A stretch of 64,000 nt of DNA from Octopus bimaculoides. Its lineage: Eukaryota. The DNA is taken from assembly GCF_001194135.2 (NCBI RefSeq), contig NC_068990.1, positions 47,822,716 through 47,886,715 of the forward strand, written 5' to 3'. The notes beneath the pieces were generated by a model. That model had not been told where the DNA came from, made no database searches, and saw nothing but the letters and a program-made list of their open reading frames with translations. Shown in pieces: positions 49,929 to 61,679 of the stretch. Position 1 is the first letter of the stretch, and the number at the start of each line of letters is the position of its first letter. The translations under genes and the position numbers were made by a program.

Positions 49929-50675
49929 TACAGAATATCTCAACAGGCATGATAGAGCTGCACAATATATTCACTGGGTAATATGCAAAAACCTGGACTT
50001 GCCCCATGATAAAAACTGGTGGGAACACAAACCACCCCCAGTACTTGAAAATGATCATATCGCACTCCTCTGGAACTTCACCATTCAAACTCACAGAAAG
50101 ATAGATGCAAATAGGCCAGACATCATACTGAAAGACTTCAGACAAAAATCATGCCTCCTCATTGATATGACTGTCCCAATCGATATAAACGTATCTGTCA
50201 AGACCTACCAAAAACTGAGCAAATATAAACATCTTGAAATAGAAATTAGCAAAATGTGGAATCTGAAGACGAAAACAATNNNNNNNNNNNNNNNNNNNNN
50301 NNNNNNNNNNNNNNNNNNNNNNNNNNNNNNNNNNNNNNNNNNNNNNNNNNNNNNNNNNNNNNNNNNNNNNNNNNNNNNNNNNNNNNNNNNNNNNNNNNNN
50401 NNNNNNNNNNNNNNNNNNNNNNNNNNNNNNNNNNNNNNNNNNNNNNNNNNNNNNNNNNNNNNNNNNNNNCTCAAATTCTAAAACAAACACATAATTTTCT
50501 TATGGTTTCTTAAACATTCTCTAGAACAACACTATTTACAAATCCAAATATATGGTACCCTAGGCATAACACCTACATGAACTTCTAACTTGTTGTCTCT
50601 TGAGGTCTCTGGGTGAGACTTGGATCCAACTTGTACAAATGCAAAGCAAAAGTCAAACATAAAATAATAATAATA
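49929..50675 (+). mobile_element. R4/Dong-like LINE, 5'-truncated (REL domain plus tail), flanked by (AAT)n on both sides
   Basis: RHDRAAQYIHW, NRPDII..LIDMTVP..KLSKY; tail ends aaacataaaataataat. N gap at 50280-50469. Confidence 0.88.
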
Positions 50676-50695
50676 TTAATAATTAAATAGGTTAT

Positions 50696-53110
50696 TCAGA
50701 GTAGATCAGAAGAGATTCTATAAAGAAATAAATGGACAGTGTACAGATGAAAAGTTGATACCAGATAACAATGAAAGTCAAAGGTTTTGGAGTGACATCT
50801 GAAGCAAAGACAAGGAGCACAAGAAGGATGCTGAATGGTTACAAAACAGGCAGAACTAGTCATTTCAGTTAGGGAAGTAAAGGAAATCAGCAAAAAAATT
50901 AGCAACAGTAAGGACCCAGGACCAGTTGGAGTTCAAGGCTACTGGATCAAAAGATTTGGTGAATGTCATGCACAAATAGCTGTGCAACTCAACAGCTTGT
51001 TAAATGCTGACCAAGCAACACCAGAGCGGTTGACATTGGGTAGGACAGTGCTGTGCTTGAAAAACATTGAAAAAGGCAATATGGTAGACAATTACAGGCT
51101 GATATCCTGTTTGCCATTTATGTGGAAATTATTGACTGGAATACTCACAGAGTCAATGTATGAACATCTGAGAAAAAATGGAGTCCTGCCACATGAGCAG
51201 AAGGCTTGCAAGCGTAAGTGCAGAGGTACCCATGATCAACTCCTGATAGACAAAACAGTGCTTAGAGACTGCAAGAGGAAGAAAAGTAATTTAGTCAAGT
51301 CATGGATCGACTATCCTAAGGTGTATGATATGATATCACATTCTTGGATTATGGAATGTATGAACCTATTTGGTATTGCATCGAATGTTGAGCAATTGCT
51401 TGGAAAAAGTATGGCAAATTGGAGGACGGATCTGACAGCATACAGAAGAAGTTTAGGGACAGTAGAAATCAGGAGGAGCATCTTTGTACTGTGCTTGGTA
51501 CCATTAACACTGATTCTGAGGAAAGCAAAAGCTGGGTATGTATTCAAAAGCTGCCAACAAAAAGTCAACCATTTGTTATTCATGGATGACCTCAAACTTT
51601 ATGGTAAAGATGAATCCCAAGTCAGTTCCCTCATTGATACGGTGTATACTTTCAGTGTTGATATCAGATTAGAGTTTGGACTGAGAAAGTGTGGTGTGTT
51701 AGTCTTGAAGAGAGGCAAAATCAAATGTATGGATGGGCTAACAATACCGTCAGGGGAGGTATGCAGCAGATAGAAGAGACAGGCTGTAAGTACTTGGGGA
51801 TTTTGGAAATGGATAAATTGATGGAGAAAGAAATGACAGAAAAATTTAAGGTGGAGTACTTGTGCAGACTGAGACTAATCTTTAAGTCAAAATTAAACGG
51901 ACAGAATAAGATTGAAGCTATGAACACCTGGGCGGTTTCACTTCTTAGATATGGAGCAGGGGTAATCACATGGACAGTAGATGAACTAAACAGCTTAGAC
52001 AGAAAGACAAGGAAGTTGCTAACTAGATATGGGACACTCCACCCAAAAAGTGACACAGACAGACAGACTATGTACCAAGAAAAAGAGGGGGAAGAGGACT
52101 TATTGGATGCAAACACAGCATTAGAGCAGAAGAAAACAACATAGCATGGTATGTAAAAAATGCCACAGAACCGCTATTATTAGAAGTAAGAAGGTCAGGC
52201 TTGTGTAGGATGAAAGATTGCAAAGATAAAACACTGTACAAGCAATTGAAAATGGATGAGACTGAAAATAGGTGGGTAAAGAAAAGAATGCATGGACAAT
52301 TTCATAGGGATGTTGAAGATAAAACAGAGTAAAAAGATGGCTGTGGATGACTAAAAGCGATTTTAAACTGGAAACGGAGGCTCTAATCAGTGCTGCCCAA
52401 GGGCAAGTACGAAGAACAAATTACATAAAATACAGAATAGACAACACGGTAGAAAATGATACGAGCAGAATTTGTGGATAAAATGGTGGAACCACATGGC
52501 ATATTACCAGTCAATGTATGCCACTAGTCCGGAAGGAATATAAAAGATACCATGACGATATAGCAAGTCTTGTCCATTAGACACTTTGCAACAAGTATGG
52601 ACTTGACAGAGCAAAAAGTTGGTATGACCATAAACCCGAAGGTATCATCGAAAATGATAATGCAAAGATCCTGTGGGATTTTATGATTCAGTGCGACCAT
52701 GAGATAGAGAATAAGAAACCAGACATAGTCTTAATTGAGAAAGAAAGCAAACTATGCTGGATCATAGATATAGCATGCCCAGCTGACAACAAGGTATGCA
52801 ATAAGGAAGAAAGAAAAGTTGATAGATATGACAGGTTAGCTTGCGAGGTTAAGTAGTTGTGGTCGATGAAAAAGGTGGTAGTAGTACCAATAATTGTCAG
52901 AGCCCAAGGAACAGTGAGTAAATATCTTGAGAAGTACATAGAATAATAGGGGCTGCAATAAGGGTGGAGCACTTGCAGAAAACAGGACTGCTTGGAACCG
53001 CTCGAATACTCCAGAAGGTGCTCGTAAAATAAGGGGTGTTACCTCAGTTCACCGGAAGTGAACAGCTGAGACTGTAGTACATCTCCAGCATTAGAAGCTG
53101 TGCAAAGGCA
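50696..53110 (+). mobile_element. R4/Dong-like LINE, second family (RT, CCHC and REL)
   Basis: ORF 50835-51773 with NYRLISCLP, WIDYPKVYDM, LLFMDDLK; REL KPDIV..IDIACP; tail ends gtgcaaaggcaataataat. Confidence 0.9.
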
Positions 53111-53275
53111 ATAATAATAATAATAATAATAATAATAGTAATGATAATAATCATAATAATAATAACAATAAAGATGACGTCGATGATGATGATGATAACA
53201 ACAATAATAACAACAATAATAATAACAATAATAATAATCATAAAAATGGTAATTATAATAGTTATAATAGCCTCA
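53108..53275. repeat. Degenerate (AAT)n/(GAT)n/(AAC)n microsatellite
   Basis: Read directly from the sequence. Confidence 0.95.
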
Positions 53276-53544
53276 AATTTTTGCACAAGGCCGATAACCT
53301 TTTTTTTTTTTGTGGAGTATATCTTACAAAAAACAAATGAAGCCCAACTGTCAATAGAATTTGGTCATACAATATCATTTAGTAAGTAGTTTAAACCTTT
53401 ATTATCAGATACTGTTCTTGATGGAGAAACATTTTGGGCCAACTAGAACTTCTTATTTAATTTGTCATTGTTTCAAGGGCTTGAATATTAGACTTCTCTG
53501 ATAAACAAAGCATGCATCAGCTCTTGTGCCTATAATTGAAAGGA

Positions 53545-53700
53545 TTGATATTATTATTATTATTATTGTACTTGTGTTAGAACCAATTATTAATATTGTT
53601 GTTGTTGTTGTTGTTGTTATTATTATTAGTATTAATATTAGTAGTAGTGGTGGTGGTGGTGGTGGTGGTGGTGGTGGTGGTGGTGGTGGTGGTGGTGGTG

Positions 53701-53742
<42 letters not shown>

Positions 53743-53753
53743 CTGGTAGCAGT
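53545..53753. repeat. Compound trinucleotide microsatellite (ATT)(GTT)(GGT)(AGT)
   Basis: Read directly from the sequence. Confidence 0.95.
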
Positions 53754-54210
53754 ATTGAATGAAAGAGCAATGCATTCCATCAAAGTGACACTGAGGTACA
53801 AATATATGGTACCCAATATACCCATCATGACTATCCATCTGATAGAAGTACACCAGGTACATGCATCACCACCATATGTCTACAACATGGTGATCTCATA
53901 TCAAGATAAATAGTGCATGACCTTGGAAGTGGGGCCTTACACAATTTTCTTCAGTAGCCCATCCTGCTCAAAAGGTCCCTGAATAAGAATTGTTTAAGGA
54001 TGATGAATGAAACACCCATGTTTCCAGGAGTTAATTATTCAAACCAAAAAGAATTCCTTTCAACATATGGCTATGATGTTCCCCCACTACTTCTGCTCAT
54101 AATCAGAAATGCACATATCGTCAGCTACTAAGGGACATGCTCAACTGGTTAGGTCAAGCAACTGACAAGCAAATCTGTGGTATTGAGCAGAATATTTGTT
54201 GTAGCCCATC

Positions 54211-54216
<6 letters not shown>
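53754..54216 (-). repeat. Repeat X, second (5'-truncated) copy
   Basis: Reverse complement of 49437-49887. Confidence 0.75.
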
Positions 54217-54279
<63 letters not shown>

Positions 54280-54283
<4 letters not shown>

Positions 54284-57200
54284 TTATGTTTGACTTTTGC
54301 TTTGTATTTGTACAAGTTGACTCCAAGTCTCACCCAGAGACCCCAGGAGACAAGTTAGAAGTTCATGTTGGTGGTATACTTAAAGTGTCAGATATTTGGT
54401 TTTGTACATAGTATTGTTCTAGAGAATGTTTAAGAAAACATAAGAAAATTATGAGTTTGTTTTAAAATTTGAGATTACATAGACAGTATTTTATGTAGGA
54501 TATGGGCAGTTCCCATGAGCACTATCTTTTGAATTTCTGCCATTTTGGGGTTTCCTGGAATCTGAGCTAGGTAGCAATCAGCCCATTTTGCTATAATTCC
54601 TTGGAAACCCATGACAACAGGTATTCTTTTAGTCTTCAGGTTCCACATTTTGCTAATTTCTATTTCAAGATCTTTATACTTGCTCAGTTTTTGGTAAGTC
54701 TTGACAGATACGTTTATATCGATTGGGACAGTCATATCAATGAGGAGACATGATTTTCATGTGAAGTCTTTCAATATAATGTCTGGCCTATTTGCATCTA
54801 TCTTTCTGTGAGTTTGAATGGTGAAGTTCCAGAGGAGTGAGATGTGATCATTTTCAAGCACTGAAGGTGGTTTGTGTTCCCATCAGTTTTTATCACGGAG
54901 CAGGTCCAGGTTTTTGCAGTTTACCCAGTGAATATATTGTGCAGTTCTATCATGCCTGTTGAGATACTCTGTAGGTGCAAGAAGACTGCACATGGAGACA
55001 ACATGATCAATGGTTTCATTTTGTTGTTGACATACACACTGTTCTTTAATATGTTGGCCTGGTAGTTTCTTGTAGGTAAGCATTGATCTTGGGCTGCTTT
55101 GATAAACCTTTCTGTTTCTGATTTTAAGCCAGAAGCCATTAGACATTGATGGGTAAGGGCTTTGTCAATATCAACATTATTAGCTCTCTTTGGGTATTTG
55201 CCATTGAGAGGTTTTTCTTGCCATTTATCAGTAAGAATATCTCAGCAGTTTTAGCATGGGTTTTCATATGCTTAGCTTTTTCTCTGCTTGTTTCTAGTAC
55301 ATCAAATTCTGGAATTTGTATTTGGAATTCACTTATATATGCCTTTGTCTGTTTTGTTACTGAGTATGATGCTTTCTTGTTTTCATGTTTTGAGACAAGT
55401 TTTAACATCCAGTCCTCAGAGTTTTTCGGGTAGGTGTCTAGGCCAATTATGACTATCTTCATTGTTAATGCCAGTTGTAAAAGTCCACGGCCTCCCTCTT
55501 TTCTTGACAGATAAAGTCGTTCTATATCTGCCTTAGCATGGTTCATTCTATGCATTGCCAACAATTTTCATATTTTTCTGTCAAGATTACATATTTCCGT
55601 AATTTACCAGTTTATGATATTGAAACTGTAAGTCACAATTACTATGGCTAAAGTATTGGTCGCTTCGATCCTATTTCTTCAATCCTGTTTCTATGTCTTT
55701 AGTATTGCTCTCACCCTGCAATAACACTCTCTACTGATCCTTTCCCTTATCACTGAATGTCTGATTCCGTCCCTTTCAAATACCCCTAGGTATTTGTAGC
55801 TCTCCACTGGTTCTAACTCTTTTATGACATTCTGCTGGTCAAGGTTAACGTTAGATGTTGCTGTCGTTTTTCCTTTGATAAAGGTAGCTTTTGCACATTT
55901 ATCGAGTCTAAATTGCATCCTGATGTCATCACTATTGTTTAACAATCCACCGGTAAGCCCCTGAGTTGCTGGTCATTTTTTGCAAAGATCTTTAAATCAT
56001 CTTTGTAAATGAGATGATTTATATTTTTATCAAACATTTTATAACTATACTGTACATCATTGAGCAATTTTGAGAGATGTATTAAGGCTAGAAAAAATGC
56101 CACATGAAATTCTTACATCTCCAACATTAAGAGATTCATTGTCACTGTGGTTCTCCATGATCTCATACTTACAGACAAAAGTTTTGCAGAGTAGGAGCTA
56201 GTTTATACATTTCTAGACATTTCTTAATTCAGCTATGTGGCAGACTATCAAAAGCTAGTCTATCCAGTCTATTGACAAGATTTTGTGTCGTTTGTGACAA
56301 TCTTCCAAGATCATCTTATTGATGAGTAGTTGATCTTTACAACCATAGGATCCACGTTTACATCCTTTTTGCTCATTAGGGAATATTTCACTTTCTATTA
56401 TAAAAACTATAGGTATATTCAATCGGGACAGATGTTAGTGTTTTAGGCATTGTTGTTAAGCAGGTTATGGGTCGATAATTTTTTGGTTGATTTGTTTCTT
56501 CATTTTTTGGAAATTGAAGTGTTAAACCATTAACTAGCCAAGAGGGAATCATACTAGGATGTTGCAAAACATTGTTATAAAGTTCCGTTAGCAGTTCATG
56601 GCTCTCTGGGAAGGCATTCAACCAGAAGTTAGGATTTTTATCCTTTCCTGGAGACTTCCATTTGCTTGACCTCCCAGGAGCAGATCTTACATCTTCTACT
56701 TTGACACCCTCCCGTTTTTGCTCTTCTAAGGAGTCTAAGTTTGTAGATATTCTATCAATCCAAAGGACTTTGTGTGTTCTTTTTTTCTGCCCAAATTTTA
56801 TTCCAAAATTCCTGCACTTCTTCTTTTGATGGGACAGACTTTACTGTAACTGGTATTTTCCCCAACTTTCTGTAAAAATTTTTGGGATTATTTTTGAACA
56901 TGCTGTTGTCCTTGAAGAATCTAACACGCTTTTCATACCTTGCTATGCAGGCAGCTTTAGCACATACGTTTTGGTTGATGGTTTCTATGGTGGCATCAAT
57001 GTCAAATATGGTTTTCATATTATATTATTTCTTTAATTTTTTGGTATTTGTATGTTTGATAGTCTTGTCAAACTTCAGGTTTTTTAAACATTCTATGTCA
57101 GACCTAAGTAGCTTCTTTTGGTTATTTGATGATGAGCATGGGTGGCCATCTGTTGGAATATTCCGGTTGTGGGGTACTCCCAGCTCCTGTGTTTCAGGAA

Positions 57201-57950
57201 GATTTGAACCAGTAGCTGATTTTTCATATCTAATCTGGTTCATCATTCAAGTACGTAGCCCTTTGTAATCTGGTCAATGACCATTCCGCATTGTATTTTG
57301 CTTTGTTATCAGTGAGGCATGATGAGCTTCAACGTTGAGATTAGGGGATGGATCTGTCTGTTTAGGATTAATCTTTTGAGACAACAGCGTCTCCGAGTTT
57401 TCTGCATGTAAACATTGCTTGTAACATAGCTTCTTAAGGCTAATAGATCTGTATTCGTATGTAATTTTTTTGTTGATAAATTTATCTCTGAGCATAGTTT
57501 TTTGTGGTGTTTTTAAACTTATGAATTGTTCACTCTGTCTGTCTTAGTTCGAAAAATAAAAAAAAGTTTTGTTTTTGTTTTTGCTTCGTTTGTGACGTGT
57601 TTTCATGTGCATGAATGCGTATCCTCTAGATTTCACATAGTTGTGTAAACTTTGAGATGTATGCGTAGTCCTATGGGCATCAAAATGTATGTATGATTGT
57701 GTAGACATTTGAATGTATGCGTAATTACTCAATTTATGTACTTACTGTTTTGTTCCATTTCTATTTTATAATTTGTAAACTTTCCGGTGTTGATTTCGCG
57801 TGTGTGTTTCGCACATGCTTCATTGAGATATCGTGCATAGCAGAAACTGTGCTTTGTATGGCAGTAAAATTTTTTTTCATTATCATTTTCGTTAAGAGAC
57901 TGCTTCCTTCAAGTCTTCCACGGGTTCATTTTGCTTTTTACATACACAAC
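54280..57950 (-). mobile_element. R4/Dong-like LINE (family of 49929-50675), long decayed copy
   Basis: KSPGKDKIPNFWLNAFP, KNYRPITCL, MQFRLDKCAK, YKYLGV, HAKADIERLYL, RHDRTAQYIHW, QKIVLMGTAHILHKIL; the 3' end abuts (ATT)n at 54214-54281. Confidence 0.9.
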
Positions 57951-58350
57951 ATGTTGGGCTACTGCCATTCTTTAATACATAGACCTGGTAGCTCCTTATA
58001 GGTATGCATTGATCTTGGACTGCTTTGATAAACCCTTCTGTCTCTGATTTTAAGCCAGAAGACACTACCCATTGATGGGCAAGGGCTTTGGCAACATCGG
58101 CACTATTAGCTCTCTTTGGGTATTTGTCATTGAGAGGCTTTTCTTGCCATTTATCAGTAAGAATATCTATGGCAGCAGTTTTAGCACAGGTTTTTATATG
58201 CTTAGCTTTTTCTCTGCTTGTTTCCAGTATGTCTCATTTTGGAATTTGTTGTATTTGGAATTCACTTTGATATTCCTTTGCCTGTTCTGTTACTGAGTAT
58301 GATGCTTTCTTGTTTTCATGCTTTGAGACAAGTTTTAACATCCAGTTATC
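57950..58350 (-). mobile_element. R4/Dong-like internal fragment (duplicate of the 55040-55430 region)
   Basis: Parallel sequence, e.g. cattgatgggcaagggcttt and tgatgctttcttgttttcatg. Confidence 0.8.
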
Positions 58351-58384
58351 AGAGTTTTGTTACTATCATTATTATTATTATTAT

Positions 58385-59600
58385 TATTCAGTAGTTTTAT
58401 TTTTATAACGTGCTTTCACTTCACTACCGAGCGCAGCTCTGTGCGCCTTGGGTATGTGCTGTGGTTTGCTGTGGTGCTCTTATGTTTACTGTATTGAAAG
58501 TGTTTTGCGTAGGATGTGTGCAGTACCCAGTAGTGCAATTTTCTGTATGCTATATATATTTGTAAGTCCTGCTATTTTTGTTATGTATTTGTCTGAATAT
58601 TTTTTTATTATACCTNNNNNNNNNNNNNNNNNNNNNNNNNNNNNNNNNNNNNNNNNNNNNNNNNNNNNNNNNNNNNNNNNNNNNNNNNNNNNNNNNNNNN
58701 NNNNNNNNNNNNNNNNNNNNNNNNNNNNNNNNNNNNNNNNNNNNNNNNNNNNNNNNNNNNNNNNNNNNNNNNNNNNNNNNNNNNNNNNNNNNNNNNNNNN
58801 NNNNNNNNNNNNNNNNNNNNNNNNNNNNNNNNNNNNNNNNNNNNNNNNNNNNNNNNNNNNNNNNNNNNNNNNNNNNNNNNNNNNNNNNNNNNNNNNNNNN
58901 NNNNNNNNNNNNNNNNNNNNNNNNNNNNNNNNNNNNNNNNNNNNNNNNNNNNNNNNNNNNNNNNNNNNNNNNNNNNNNNNNNNNNNNNNNNNNNNNNNNN
59001 NNNNNNNNNNNNNNNNNNNNNNNNNNNNNNNNNNNNNNNNNNNNNNNNNNNNNNNNNNNNNNNNNNNNNNNNNNNNNNNNNNNNNNNNNNNNNNNNNNNN
59101 NNNNNNNNNNNNNNNNNNNNNNNNNNNNNNNNNNNNNNNNNNNNNNNNNNNNNNNNNNNNNNNNNNNNNNNNNNNNNNNNNNNNNNNNNNNNNNNNNNNN
59201 NNNNNNNNNNNNNNNNNNNNNNNNNNNNNNNNNNNNNNNNNNNNNNNNNNNNNNNNNNNNNNNNNNNNNNNNNNNNNNNNNNNNNNNNNNNNNNNNNNNN
59301 NNNNNNNNNNNNNNNNNNNNNNNNNNNNNNNNNNNNNNNNNATGGTCCGTTGCTGTTCTAGTTTTAGTTTGGATTTCATTTGTTTTATAGCTTTTGTTGT
59401 TTCTTCTTCTTCTTCTTCGTATTTGTTAGGTAGATTGATTTCTTGTTTGTATTTGTCAGCTTCCTTAAATACTGAAAACAGTTTTTTGTTTTGCTCGTGT
59501 TTTGTGGCTATTTGTATTAGTTTCCCTTGCTTCTGGAGTAGGTATTTTTGCAGTCCTATAGTGGTTATTTTATAATAGTTTTCTAGCTGTATAAGACCCC
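58385..59600 (-). mobile_element. R4/Dong-like LINE, third family, 3' part (mostly N gap)
   Basis: IQKIALLGTAHILRKTLSIQ*; tail cccaaggcgcacagagctgcgctcgg..actactgaataataat. Confidence 0.75.
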
Positions 59601-59629
<29 letters not shown>

Positions 59630-59631
<2 letters not shown>

Positions 59632-59824
59632 GGTGATGAGCTGGCAGAATCATTAGTGTGCCGGGTGATATGCTTAGTGGCATTCAGTCTGTCTTTACAG
59701 TCTTAGTTCAACTTTGACTTTCATCATTTCAGGGTCAATATAATAAGTACCAGTTGAGCACTGGAGTCAATGTAATTGACTTACCCTTGCCTCAAAATTG
59801 CTGGCTTTGTCCCAGAATTTGAAA
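59630..59824 (+). mobile_element. OK-like SINE between (ATT)n and (ATC)n
   Basis: aaggtgatgagctggcagaatcattag..; tail aaaattgctggctttgtcccagaatttgaaa. Confidence 0.85.
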
Positions 59825-59866
59825 TCATCATCATCATCATCGTCATCATCATCATCATCGTCGTCG

Positions 59867-59906
<40 letters not shown>

Positions 59907-59909
59907 TAT

Positions 59910-61330
59910 TATTATGTTTGGTTTTTGCTTTGTATTAATACAGGTTGACTCCAAGTCTCACCCAGATACCTGAAGAGACAAATTAAAAGTTCAACTTGGT
60001 GTCATGACTAGAGTGTCATATACCTGGTTTTGTACAGAGTATTGTTCTAGAGAATGTCTATAAGAACATAAGAAAATTAGAAGTTCGTTTTAAAAGTAAT
60101 TTGGTGATAAGATGATAGTATCATCTTAGAATGACAGTAAAAGTCGTTTGCTATTCTGTACATTTAAATACTTTTGACAATGTTTTTGGAAATACATAGA
60201 CAATATTTTTCATAGAATATGAGCAGTTCCCATGAGCATCATATTTTTAATTCCTTCCATTTTTGGATTTCCTGATATCTGAGACAGGTAACAACCAACC
60301 CCTTTTGCTATCATTCCTAGGACACCTATGACAACAGGTATTGTTTTAGTCTTTTTTGCCAGTTTCTATTTCAAGGTTTTTATATTTACTCAGTTTTTAG
60401 TAGGTCTTGACAGATACATTTATGTCAATTGGGATAGTCATATCAATAAGGGAGTATGATTTTTGTCTGAAATCCTTCAATATATTTAATGTCTGGTCTA
60501 TTTGCATCTATCTTTCTGTCATTCTGAACAGTAAAGTTCCAAAGGAGGAGTGAGATGTGCTCATTTTCAAGCATTGGAGGTGGTTTGTGTTCCCACCAGT
60601 TTTTATCATGTGGAAGCTTCAGGTCTTTGCAAATTATCCACTGAATATACTGTGCCGCTCTATCATGCCTGTTGAAATAATCTTTAGGCACAAGAATGCT
60701 ACACATGGAGACAACATGATCCATGATTTCAGTCTGTTGTTTACATACATGAAATGTTGGGCTACTACCATTCTTTAAGATGTTGATCTGGTAGCTTCTT
60801 GTAGATAGGCATTCATTCTGTGTTGCTATGATAAACCGTTCTATCTCTGATTTTAACCCAGAGGACTCTAACCATTGATGGGTAAGGGCTTTGTCAACAC
60901 AAGCCTTATTAGGTCTCCTTGGGTATTTGCAATTGAAGTTTTTTCTTGCCATTTATCAGCAAGAATATCTAAGGCAGCAGTTTTAACAAGAGTCATTCTC
61001 TTAGCTTTTTCTGTGCTTGTTTCAAGTATGTTTAATTCTGGGAGTTGCTGTATTTGGAACTCATTTAGATATTACCTTACCTATTTTGTTATTGAGTATG
61101 AGGTTTTCTTTTCATGTTTTAAGAGAAGTTTTAGCATCCAATCATCAGAATTTTTTACATAAGTGTTTAGGCCAATTGTGGCAATATTCATTGTCAATTC
61201 AAGTTGTAAGAGTCCATGGCCACCCTTTTTTCTTTTTAAGTAAAGTCGTTCTACATCTGCCTTAGGCTGGTACATTTTATTCATTGTTAATAATTTAAAA
61301 ACATTTTTGTATCAAGCTTACAGATTTCAG
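59910..61330 (-). mobile_element. R4/Dong-like LINE, diverged 5'-truncated copy
   Basis: KADVERLYLKRKKGGHGL, RHDRAAQYIQW, DANRPDI; the 3' end abuts ATT/ATC repeats. Confidence 0.85.
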
Positions 61331-61679
61331 TACTTGACTAGTTAATAATATTGAAACTGTAAGTCATAGCTGGTATGGCTAAAATATTAATTGCTTATTA
61401 TTGCTGTTGTTGTTATTCATATATACACAACAGATTAGACTGTTGGAAAAGAAAAATTCCTAACATCAATGTTAACCTTAGGTGTAGATTCGCATGTAGG
61501 TAATAGTGAAGAAAGTTTATTAAGAGCTGCTAGAGTCACAAGACATAGGGAAATCAAAAACCCAAACGACATTGAAACCCAGAAAAAGCAACGAAAGTTA
61601 TCTGACTGGTAGGAGAAGGGCTTGCATGGTAGATTCCCAAAGATAATTGCAGCAAATAGTAGTAGTGAGAGTAACCTTA

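Noticed and set aside
53044-54358. Poly-I/V/G/T/P/H ORFs
   Set aside because: Translations of trinucleotide microsatellites with no independent coding evidence.
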